Shown in pieces: positions 40,479-51,737 of a stretch of 64,000 bases of DNA. The notes beneath the pieces were generated by a model. That model saw nothing but the letters and a program-made list of their open reading frames with translations, was not told where the DNA came from and did not search any database. Source of the stretch: Bigelowiella natans CCMP2755 (lineage: Eukaryota > Protista > Cercozoa). How positions within the stretch are numbered: position 1 is the first letter of the stretch; every line of letters starts with the position of its first letter. Made by a program: the position numbers and the translations under genes. Where the stretch lies: the NCBI GenBank assembly GCA_000320545.1, contig ADNK01000094.1:42545-106544 (forward strand). The letters are read 5' to 3'.

Positions 40479-41446
40479 TACTTGCTGTCTGACAATGCGA
40501 AGAATTTAAGGAGCTGCCATGGCTAGATTACACGTACATTAAGAAGAAATAAGTATCATAAACTTCTTACAACACCTAAAGGATCCTCAGTCCTTCTTTG
40601 TGTTGTACTACTTGGTCGAGGGGAGAAGGGTTCGTGGTAACCTTCCAGGCGCTCTCTCAAATTATTGAGTCTACGTGCGTGGCTGTATAAGTGGAAATGC
40701 TCTATGAACTTTTAGTACGACATAAAAAAATTGACAGGTTCGAGAGAAATTATCCATTTTCGCCAGTTCACACGAGGCTGCAAGCGGACCCGCTGAAATT
40801 TCAGCTCAGTGTTACTTTTCATGGTTGATGTCCAGTGGAATATTACTCCTAAAATAATAGTATTATGATGTCGTAGGGATATTATATATGTAATAATATG
40901 GGAAAGCGAAACTAGATGTAAACAACAGACTGAAAAACTTTCTGGAAATTATCTGGCTTCCCTGGGGCTTTCTGGACGCTTTCGAGAATCAGTGTTGAAA
41001 ATGTTATTTTTAGCCGATTTCGGAAGGTCTCACGTAGAGAATGTTCTGCGAAAGGAACTGAAATGAGGAGCTACGCATGCACGAACACAAAGGTAATACC
41101 CAGGGCATTCGAAACATGATGCAAAGGGAATATCTTATCGACTTCCAAATCGCCCAAAGCATGAGTCTGCTATAGAAGTTTTCCCGGTTGTAAACCACAT
41201 TTCAATCGGTCCCTGATCCAAAATCATGAACCCTATCAGCAGCATTTTCGAACGATTTTCCGGAATCTAAATGTTAGATGTTTTGCGTTATTTATTTTTC
41301 GTTATCATGTCCCTGTCATACATGCAGATCTAGCAAACCCACACCCGAAAATGCTGCCCTGAATTCCAACTACATGCGTTCATTCCGGCAAAACTCTGAC
41401 ACGCATGCTTGGATGATTGCTTTGCTCCTAGGAAGGAGAAAACCAC

Positions 41447-43722
41447 ATGGCCCAAAGAAAACGAAAGGTACTTCTTACTCCCCTTCTTGGGATATTTCGT
41501 TTGTAGCTCTCACAGACTTCTTCATGTGTGTTTGAACGCAGAGACGTAACTACGAGGAACCGAACTGGTCCCGCCCCCCCGCAGACAGCTTCAAGCTCCT
41601 CGTGTTTGGCAACAAGGAACTCTTGGAAGAGATAGACATTGGTGTGTCGTCATGCTATACCATGGGCAGATCCGGTTCTCTATGTGATATAAAGGTCTCT
41701 GTCTGTCCTGTCTGAGTGTACAAATAAATGCAGAACAATGCAACGGCCAATTCATTTTTTTTTAAATTTGAATAACCAGGTTTGCCACGAGAGCGTATCC
41801 CGACAGCATGCTATTCTCCAGTACAACTTCTGATAAGCCTAAGAATATATTCTTTATCTTTCATTTGAACCAACATTCAAAGTGTTAAATTCATGTCGTC
41901 CTTAATTCGTATAGACATGGTACTTCGGGTATCCATAGTGCACAGAAACCGCTTCCAATTCATATCTATGACATTGGCTCTACACACGGGACGCGCATCA
42001 ACAATAGGTAGAATATCTCTTTGAGAGAAATCCCTGTATTCATTTATTTGGTCTCTCCCAAGGTTGATTTCCGCAAAGAGCTACATACCTCTGCGAGTCG
42101 GAGACGTGATAGAGTTTGGAAGCTTGCCTAATCGCTATGTGGTGACTGATCCAGAAAATTATGAAAGTTTACTCGCGGCAAGCGGTGCATACCAACCTGA
42201 CATTGACGGGAAGGAGAAGGCGGTCTCGGCCACTCATCCAACCACAATAAATCTTTCGAAACTCCCACAGCCGTCGACAATCGAAGAACTGACAAAGAAC
42301 CCGTATGAAAGAATTTCATCGGACATCACCCAAACTCTCTCGGCAAAAAGTGGTGGGATATTCCAGGACGAATCCTCCTCTGAAGAAGACGATGAATCTC
42401 CCGGTCTCCAGAGGAAGGGCGCGAAGAGCATTTTTGAAAGCGTGGCATTTGTTCAAGAAGGACAGGATCGAAGTTGCAGGGGAAATTCGCGTGAGCTTCC
42501 TCTCGAAATTTTTAATGATGACGAACCATCATCATCTCAGGTTCAACAGTCGTCCCCTTCGCCGTACATCTCCTCTTCCTCCGATAGTGTGCGCAACAGC
42601 ATGAATTATTTCGGTCGCTGGCAGAAGCATACTAAAGGTTTCGGCCTGAAAATGCTCCAGAAGTTCGGTTACGTTCGAGGCCATGGACTTGGCGTCAAAG
42701 AGAGGCGTGGTATATTGCACCCAGTGATTCCTGTCATGTGCGTTCCCGGAGCCAGCTTAGATTGCATTGTGGACGAAAGTATAGAGTCTGACGCAAAGCT
42801 AGACGAGAGGTCTCGCAAGATCGCACGAAGGCTAAGAGAGATTCGACGGCGGATGATTACAGGAGAGAAAGTCGATGTGGTCGCAGAGGCGGAGAATAAA
42901 CAGTTGCAGAAGATCGTCGCGGGACAGACTGCAAGCTTTGAGAAAATCAACAGAATAAAGTATGCCACCGACACCAAAGGTAGCAATTTCGTGACCATTT
43001 CTTGCCTTTATACGTCCAAGATTGAGATAATTACATTCCCGTGTTATATCCTCCCCACCTTCCTAGTATTCGATGCTCTCAATCAGCACACAACTCGGGC
43101 CTTGCATTATACTGATGCGTCGGAAAACGTGGAGACCGAGGCCCAAATGTTGAAAAGGGCGGAGGAAGAAGCCCTTGGATACAGAAAAAAGTGAGTACGC
43201 GTATACTATGTTGTTTGGTCTAAGTCTGAGAGCAAACTTTGCGTGGCAACAATTCTACTCTGTGTTTTGTACAGCCGAGACCTTGTTGATTTGCGGCGAA
43301 GGCTCATGAGAGTGCGGACAGAGAGAGAGACCTGGAGACAGAGATTGCAGACTCTCAGTGGTCAATCTCGCGAATTTGAACAGACAGAGGGAACACAGCG
43401 ACAGGTGTGTGGGTGAAGCGTTGTTTCTATGCTAGTGCTATCTTAACGCAATGAAGCGAGTTTGTGGAGATGAAAGTGCGCATTTATCACTTTAGTTCCA
43501 AGAGCACGTTAAGATGGCGACGACGGATAATCTTCTACAAGCTAGGCAAATGTATAGATACCTTTCCTTCCAGGTACCACAAAACTATTGATATTTCTTT
43601 ATTGTTGCTGTATAAGCTCGTTCGATTTATACTTATGCATTCAGGAAAACACCTTAACAAATCGAATCGAATCTGTCGACGCAAAGAATGTTCGCAAGAA
43701 AAGATTAAAGAAGATATTCTAG
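41447..43722 (+). CDS. FHA domain + G-patch (ZGPAT-like C-terminal half) protein; further 5' exons likely
   Basis: FHA: [21 protein letters not shown]|[40 protein letters not shown]-patch: [41 protein letters not shown]. Then VFDALN, a coiled coil, and KKRLKKIF*. Confidence 0.85.
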
Positions 43723-43739
43723 TTGCATTCACGATCATA

Positions 43740-44280
43740 TCTGCAACTCTGTCAATGGGCATGTTTAGCTAGATGCATGTCCGTTTGCAAGGGCTCTGCA
43801 AAGTAGCTTTCTTGTATCGACCGAAGTTAGGTCACTTCAGCATCGCTAGATCGCAACGCCTGTACATCTAGACATGCTGCACGAAGTTTGAAAATCGCTT
43901 GCAAGCAGCTAGAGCAATCACTAGATCAGTCATTTCAGACAGTCGATCAATGCACACAATTTCTCAATTTCCAGCAGCTAGATGCAAAGTGCAACTGACG
44001 GGAATCTTCCCGCGTTCAGCCAAGCGCAAACGCGCACGCAGTTTACATGCAGCACCCGCTCAGTTCCATGTTAGTCATGCTGCGAGCTAGCTAGATTGCA
44101 AGGAAAATGCAAATGATGCAGCATCACAGTGTGTGTGCACCATGCCCACGAGGCATTCGATGCTTGTTCATATTGCATGTCTATCATGCTCTGTCATTTG
44201 CTAGTCAGTTTTTAGTACATGTAGCCATGTATGGCTGTACAGGTGGACGATCGATCTCGCGATGAACGCGGTGCATAGAC
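43740..44280. other. TG/CA-rich, TpA-poor island 6 (convergent junction)
   Basis: agctagatgcatg, gcagctagatgcaaagtgcaa, gagctagctagattgcaa; TA mostly in CTA/TAG. Confidence 0.7.
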
Positions 44281-44392
44281 GACAAAACCTTCAATGAAAT
44301 AAATACACTGTCCACCGCACCGTTTTCTAACCTACTGATGGATGAAGCTCAGTGCGCGTAGCCCCCGCCCGCTCGAGCCCACTACTAAATCT

Positions 44393-44900
44393 TCAGATTT
44401 TGCCGTGGGAGAGCGCGTCGATAGCAAAGCGGATCTGCTTCATGTGAAGACCGGTCTGAGTGGCGTAGTCTAACCCCGTTTCACCGTAGGCGTCCCAGCA
44501 TGCCTTTGTGCCCGTATTACCCCAATCGGGGTGCGCAGAGCCTAGTCGGGGGTTCGCTGGATTTATAGGGTACAGCACCACGATTTTGTTGGTAGCCGCC
44601 CACACGTGGAAGTTGCTCGTTAAGAGTCTCGCGTCCTTGCGCGCGTATCCCATCTCGTCGAGGGGGTTGTGCGGGGCGTCGTGGCAGCCGTAAAGGTGGA
44701 CGTGCAGGCGGCAGCGCGCGCCCTTCCTGCAATCCCGAGGAATGAAGGCGTAGAAGGTGTTGTCCTGCCCCGTGTACCCGTGACGTGCCGGTACCTCAAC
44801 TCGGGCGTGGAGGTGATACTGTGATAGCCAATCCGTCGGTATCTTGGTCTGGAATGGAATGGGGGGGGGTTGAGGGAGTGGTATCAGCGGAAATGAAAAC

Positions 44901-44944
<44 letters not shown>

Positions 44945-45982
44945 GGGGAGGTGAAGGTGAGAACGAGGGGAGGGGTTTATGCGTGTGTGAAGGCTTGTGC
45001 AGGGCTATGGGCTGATATCAACTGGTAGTTCGTTCGTGTGAATGGAAGTGATGATAGATAGTGGGAGAATAGGGGGTGTACATGTAGCAGCAGCAGCAGC
45101 AGTAGTAGTGGCAGTAGTAGTAGTACTAACAGCAAACAGCAGCAGCATGGTACCAGCATAAGCAGTTATAGCGATGGTTGTTTTAAAATGCCGATGCTTC
45201 TATCGATGAGCAGGATAAGATATAGTACCTGATACCATGCATTCCACACGAAAGGGTCCTTGAGCCTCTTACCACCGCCACCATTACCACCACCATGGTC
45301 ATCGTCGTACATCCAACGCATACACTCCCCTGCCCCGTCCATTGGCGGGCCCTCGCATGGGCGGATTTGATGTGCCCACGCTGTATCGAGAGACTCGCCG
45401 TTGAATGTGTTGCCGCGGCACATCCAAGGCATTGGCGTTGTGTGGCCGATCCTGATATAGTCGTTCAGCTTTAGCTGTCTTCCAGGGTTTCGAGCCCAGC
45501 GCTTGAACAACTGCAGCGAGTTTTTGCACACGCCCTTGCGATGAGAGCTGTCATATTGCCCCCTGAAGCCGTAGGCGCGAGCTCCCGGTAGGTTCTGATC
45601 CGCATCATCAATGCATCCAGGAATCTGATCGTGCCACGAACGGTTTTGCGCGCAAACCGGCGTAGCACGCACCACCTGCTCCAGCTCTCCGACTTTCACC
45701 GCAGATGGGAAGAACTTACAGTGATCGTACCTCAGTGTCAGGTTCGCACCGCACACCGCGCCGCTCGCGTCTACGCAATGGGGGACCGCCATACCGACAT
45801 CGTATGGGGCCGCGCAGTCGTACGCCTCACAGCTCTCGTTTCTCCGAACGAGGGTCTCGTTGCTGAAGTGCGTGATCGCACATCGGTACGGTTGGCCCGT
45901 GAAGCCGCACGACCCCGACACGATGCGGGAGTAGGCAACGTGGAACTGAACCTGCATATTTTTATTATCATTGTTAATAATA

Positions 45983-46014
<32 letters not shown>

Positions 46015-47265
46015 TGTCATTGTTGTTCAGATCCAAGGATTTGAATATGATAATGACCGATTTTCTGTTTCCTTACAAATCGGAATAAGGCCGGTTCAGA
46101 GAATGTGATTATAATCATTGATGGGCAGAGCAGGCAGGCGAGGCTCACACAAGGCCTTACACCCCCCCTAACCTTCCACACATCTGCTACTACTATCGTT
46201 GCTCTTTGCCCGAAAACAAAAATCAGCACTTAACTGCCATGTCGCCGCCAGCTGAAGAGCCGCTGATGGTAAGCGTTGGCTCGAGATCGAGATGGGGTAT
46301 GGTGTCAAGGTTTACGACACATGATCTTCCTTCAAGGAGGGCAACAACGCTGTACCATACTACAGACGCCAGGAGCCAGTAAAACAGCACTATCCCGACA
46401 GCTGAAGTCATGCTGACATACGGCCACATCGCTTTGCGGAACGAGCAGTGCTCTTTCTCTGCACGCTGATCCTCCGCTGCCCCTCCGATTTTCTCTTCCT
46501 CTTCGTTGAGGATGCCATCCTTTGAATCGGCCTCACAGTCCGGGTCCAACCCCCTAGGCGACGACGGCGTTGACATCTCCATCATCGACACCCCGTCCAC
46601 CGTCGAGGAGGCTTCGGAGTTGTTCAGCCCGTTTGGATTTCCCGACGCGCTGCCTAGGTGAGAGTAGTGGGCTCTTCGGTGAAGGAGGTTCTGGTAAAGT
46701 GTGCCAAAATGGTCGCAAATTTGGCGGTAGATACCCGGGTCGTCGTGCCGTAGATAGCGTGCCTGTGCAAAACCTACAAGGAACACAAACGCCAAGACTT
46801 CCAGCGACTCTTTCAATATCTGTTTCACGAGTATCCCAGTGGCGCATTCAAATTGCGCAGCTGTATAGCCCATAGTCATCGCCACGATCGTCGTAAGAGC
46901 GTGGTAAATGAGTGCCCTCCACAACGGAGTGGCATTTACGTTACCCACGCGCTTTGGATGGCAGCACCTCACGAGAACTCGTAGCGTGGTAGCCACGATG
47001 AAAAGGCAGGTCAAGGTCACCACCCCGGCAATAGGGTTATCCACCGCCTCCCATGTCAGGTAGAACATGGCGCCGGAGACCTTCTCCTCCACTCCGAGCA
47101 CCTCTAACGAAATATTAATGTGGGCACGCGAGGCATTTTCCTGAAAAAGCAGAGGCGTTTTTAAGCTGCGACATCTTTTGTTCTTAAAATAGTAGATCTA
47201 GATCTAATACAGCAAACACCCAGGATAATCTCAGTATTTACCCTACAGTCAGTCGGGGAAGCCAT
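44393..47265 (-). CDS. Fungal-type poly(3-hydroxybutyrate) depolymerase-like serine esterase fused to an N-terminal multi-TM domain
   Basis: LTISGSSAGGDMA|VQFHVAYSRIVSGSCGFTGQPYRCA (lipase box); RGQYDS (Asp); IGHTTP (His); FIPRDCRKGARCRLHVHLYGC; WAATNKIVVLYP; ACWDAYG..YATQTGLHMKQI. The upstream in-frame exon 46223-47101 encodes about four TM helices. Confidence 0.85.
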
Positions 47266-47313
47266 TCCCGAGCACGAGCCGCTAATTCATTTTTTTATCT
47301 GGCCAGGAGAGCA

Positions 47314-48307
47314 ATGGATAGAGCGACGTATGAAAGGATGAGGGCGACGGAGCTGCGAAATGTCCTACGCAGCAAGCAGCTTGACACAAAGGGTAAGAAG
47401 GCGGAGTTGATTGAAACACGCCAGCCGACTTGGAAGGAACAATGGAGCGACAACTAGAGCCCCTTACGAAAGAATGCGAGTGACAGAACTGCGCGAGCTT
47501 CTGGATAGCAAAAAGCTAGAGACAAAGGGTAAGAAGGTGGAACTCATCGATAGGCTTATGAAGCACTCTCAGAAAAAAAAAGATCGGAAAAGAAAGGAGC
47601 ATGCCGACGATTCTCCTTCACCCTCCAAAAAAACAAGGGGGGACTCCGAATCATCAAAGATGAGCGAAGAATCTGTTACTGCCGGCCTAAGAGGGGCCTT
47701 ACTGGACCCGACGAAGGCAAATGCATGCATTGCTCTCCCTTTGAAACAGTATCTGCCTGTGATGACAGTGACAAAATTAGTCTTAGAATACGCACCTTCG
47801 GCCCTGGCTCGGCTGCACGAATCCACTTCGCTTTTACAACACCCTCTTGTCCTTGATAGAACTAGATGTACGACACCCGAAGCATGTTTGTTCCTCCTGC
47901 TCTTGAAGGAGGCCACGCACTACAGACCTAAAAAGAAGAAGAAGAAGAAGAAGAAGAAGAAGGGGAAGACAGGGGAGAGCAATACAAAACCACCTAGGGC
48001 TCGTGGATGGGGGTTCAAGACTCTTTATGGAGGTCTTAGAGGCTCTCGAGCAGAGGCTGTCCGTAAGTCGGGAGTTGTTGCAACTTTGGGATGGGGAAGA
48101 CATCTACCAGAACAGTTTTGGAGGAAAATGTGTACATTATTGGAAAGGAAAAACTTCATATCTCCGAGGCTGTGTAGATTTATGTACGGATCCGGAATTT
48201 CATACACCCTTTCAGAGCAAGGGGAACGTCTTATAGCTGAATTAGCATCTAGAACGGGAGGAGGTGTGGGGGTGGTTACAAGTATTATCAAGGAAGACAT
48301 GGTTTAG
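47314..48307 (+). CDS. Intronless SAP-repeat + RQC (RecQ winged-helix)-like protein; first SAP is out of frame
   Basis: SAP1 YERMRATELRNVLRSKQLDTKGKKAELI and SAP2 YERMRVTELRELLDSKKLETKGKKVELIDRL. C-terminal EACLFLLLL..WGFKTLYGGLRGSR..LGWGRHLPEQFWRKMCTLLERKNFI..YTLSEQGERLI fits the RQC pattern. Confidence 0.7.
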
Positions 48308-48649
48308 ATCACCATCAGAGCATAGTTTAACCGCGAGACAAATGCAAGATAAATAGTTATCACTCAGCCATCAAGACCTTATTTCACGTCTCTATTTTTA
48401 TGTGAATATATTTCGAAAGAAGTTTGTAAACATTGTGCATAGACAGAAGTGCAACAAATTTCAATTTGAACATGGGCTGGTACCAACCGGTTTACATATG
48501 AAAATAGACTAGGCAATTTAGTGTGAATTAGTCTAGTAGTGTGAAAATTAATTTCAAATCGTTTGTAGAATATGATCGTACATAGTTTACATACTATAAA
48601 AAGTGAGCAATCACATGCAGAAGATATATTATTTGTTACTCTAGTTGCC

Positions 48650-49430
48650 TCTAATATGTACAATTATGCAGCCTCTGCCAGACTGATAATGCGTATTGCT
48701 AGATTGCTTCAGTGTCATGTTACTAAAATTGCAAACTAGTAAATCTTACAATGCACATCGATCTAGCTAGCTAGACATATAGTTTAGATGTTTTGACAGA
48801 TCATGTTCGCTGAGTCGACATGCCTCGCTTGTAGTCCATCTCTAACTAGCTAGATCTGTCAGTTTGCATCGTGCATGTAGCGAAAAGTGTGAGAAGCAAT
48901 GCTATAATCTAGTAATTGCTGCAAACAATGGTTGCAGATGTTTGCATGTGTCTCGGTGTGTGTGTGTGTGTGTGTGATCATGAGGCAACAACAAAATTAG
49001 TTCAGGCACTCTAGCTGACATATGGGAACAAAATAGCACATGACACGTTGCAATGCGCCCACACAGTGCTAGAGTGTGCAAATTGCATGCTTGCAGGGGA
49101 TTTTCATTTCAAATGCAATTGCCATCTTGCCGAATTTGTTGGGCTCAAGATGATATCCCATGCCCAGATGTCAAAGTTCACATCATTTGACAAGCCATTG
49201 CTCTAGATTCCTGAGTGGAACTTGTTGATTTTCCCTCAAATGATGATGCAAGCAACAACGATCTGCATTGTATCAATGCTACAGTAAGTCACCATTTTGA
49301 ATGCTCACCAACTTTCACAATGAGTTGGTGTTCAGACCCAAACCCTTTTTGCACACATTAGGCTATTGAAAATTATTGACCAGAGCCGTCACATTTGTTA
49401 TTTCTATGTTTTGCATCGTTGAATTGAATG
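48650..49430. other. TG/CA-rich, TpA-poor island 7 (convergent junction)
   Basis: atctagctagctaga, ttgcatcgtgcatg, gtgcaaattgcatgcttgca. Confidence 0.7.
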
Positions 49431-49440
49431 CTAGATAAGT

Positions 49441-49930
49441 TTACTCTTTCCATTCCTTCGAACCAAGAACAGATACGTTCATTCCGACTTGGCACCAAAG
49501 CGTCTTCCCATTCACGATGATAGGAATCTGACGATTAGAATGATAACTATTAGTGGACATAGAATGGGGACTTTACATTGTGCTTTTTTTGAACATAGTT
49601 GTATACCTTCCCTCCTAGATACCAGCCGCTGGACCCACTGGAGAAAGCCCGAGCATCACCAGAGAATTTGCTGCCCTCTAACTCGAACCTTAGTTCCTTT
49701 GCTGCTTCAATGAACTCCTCCTTCGTCATACAAGACTTTTGATCCTTTGGTATTTTTGCTGGCGCTTTTATACCATCCACAGGGAAGCAGCAATGATGTT
49801 TTTCTGTCTTTGGTTTCTTGGTACATACAGGTTCCTCGTCGCTGAGTGAAAACTCATCAGATTTGGAGTCATTTAACTCTGTTGGAGAGTCCAAGATATG
49901 TTTGCGCTTGCGGTTCGTTCTTCGAGGCAT
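49441..49930 (-). CDS. Small 2-exon protein with basic NLS-like N-terminus and a C-terminal FSSGSSGW..GK..QVGMN..V.GSK domain
   Basis: MTKEEFIEAAKELRFELEGSKFSGDARAFSSGSSGWYLGGK|IPIIVNGKTLWCQVGMNVSVLGSKEWKE*. GT-AG intron at about 49531-49603. Confidence 0.75.
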
Positions 49931-50250
49931 CGTGGCAGATAAGAGATCTCTTGTCCCAGGTTACAGGGGCTAGTGTTTCGTTTACGAGGTTGCGGCGGGG
50001 TTTGGATTGTGATCAGCTTCGGAAAAAGAAAGTTCGATGTATTGAAAGAGAACGGATCTGTGCTGCAGCGTCTAGAATTAAAAGCAGCAGCAGCATAGAT
50101 ACAAATCAAAGTAGCAATTTCTTCTCTCGGGTGTGCTGCCGAGAGAAGAAACGCAGCTCACCCCATGCGCTGCCACAATCCGCTTTTCAGCTTTTCGTAA
50201 CAAGAACGACTTACATATTTTGTAGATATACCCAGTGTTCATGTTGTCGC

Positions 50251-51385
50251 ATGGTGAAAACCAAGTCCATATTTGATTCTTGTATGCGTTGTCGTAGGGT
50301 AGAAATCAAATCTTTTATTATTGTAAAGATCAAATTTTTTGTGTTGTCGCAGAGTGAAAATGTATCCCATGTTATATTTGTTTGTGCGAGCACTATTGTT
50401 AGGAGAATCCTCAGAATCCGAATACGAAATCATGGATGAATACTGCTTCCCTCCACCCCCACTATAGTTTTTACAACAGGAGGAGAACAAGGATACCTTA
50501 GTCAAACATAAAACATTTGGACGACATTGCATAAACGACCCTTTGGGCCGCAGTGGATGCACCAAACAGCTGGCATGAATTTGCTGTTCCAGCAACAAAT
50601 AGCAATGCTGATGACAAAAACCATAATTTTCAACAGAGCCACGGAGACGCGTGGGGGTGATGCGAGGTCATCAGTTCAGGTCACGATCAACGGCTGGGGA
50701 ACGTCGGAGATCACCATCGTCAGTGTCAAGGCAACCACCATGGTAAATCAGTCGAGTGCAAACGCATTATTTTATCCCGAAAATCATGAGCAGCCAAGGC
50801 AACTAGATCATTGCAACATTGAAGAAATACACGCCGCCTTTCTTTCTTTCCCACCCATCCTCGTCTACACACACACACACACACACATATATACATACAC
50901 ACGATCATGGAAATTAGGAGAAGGGCTGTGGAGTTTTGTCTGCGAGAGTCCGAATATCCTGGAGCGAGAAAGCTTTCAGCAGTGCTCTTAGCATCCTCAC
51001 GGTGTATTTAAACTATTGATCGTGTATGACTCTATCCTCATAGTTGTTGCTATAACTAGTGCCTCTGGATGGTCTGCAAGCTTGGATATTCTACGTCACT
51101 TTCCACAGGTCATTCTTAGCTGCTGCTGCTGCTGCCGTACATGTGGGAATGGCTACATTCTTCCCCTTTTGCAAACACACACACACATACACATACACAT
51201 ACATAATACTCATCCATACACAGCCACATTTTCTCAACAACTAAGCAGCTAATCAACAGAGACTGTCACCTGTAATTGGAAACACCTTTTAGCTCCAGAT
51301 AAAACTACCATTTTGCTGGAAACACTATTGGCCAATGAAATATGAGCTATGAGCACATATGTAAATGTGCAAATGGTGTTATGCT

Positions 51386-51465
<80 letters not shown>

Positions 51466-51706
51466 TATTTCCGTTTTTTTACTAATCGTTTCACTGTTAT
51501 TGATGCAATTCCTTCCTTCCCAGTGGGAGAACGACAGCTTTCCTCTTCGAGTAGAAGAAACATCCTCGTCCCTCTCAGAGCCTACTCCAACAAATTTAAA
51601 TAATACTACGATGAAAGCATCCCAACGCCTTCTCTCTTTAGTCATGCAAACGTATCGAAAGGGCTCGCAGTGGGAACGTGCAGTGGAGTGCTTTTATAGA
51701 GCAAGG

Positions 51707-51737
<31 letters not shown>

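Noticed and set aside
43541-43644. Pair of possible 25-28 nt ultrashort introns
   Set aside because: A single ~104-nt GC-AG intron explains the frame equally well; cannot be decided without cDNA.
49846-50439. 197-aa + strand ORF
   Set aside because: Spans the antisense of the small gene and the divergent spacer; only its last part may overlap the first PUS7 exons.
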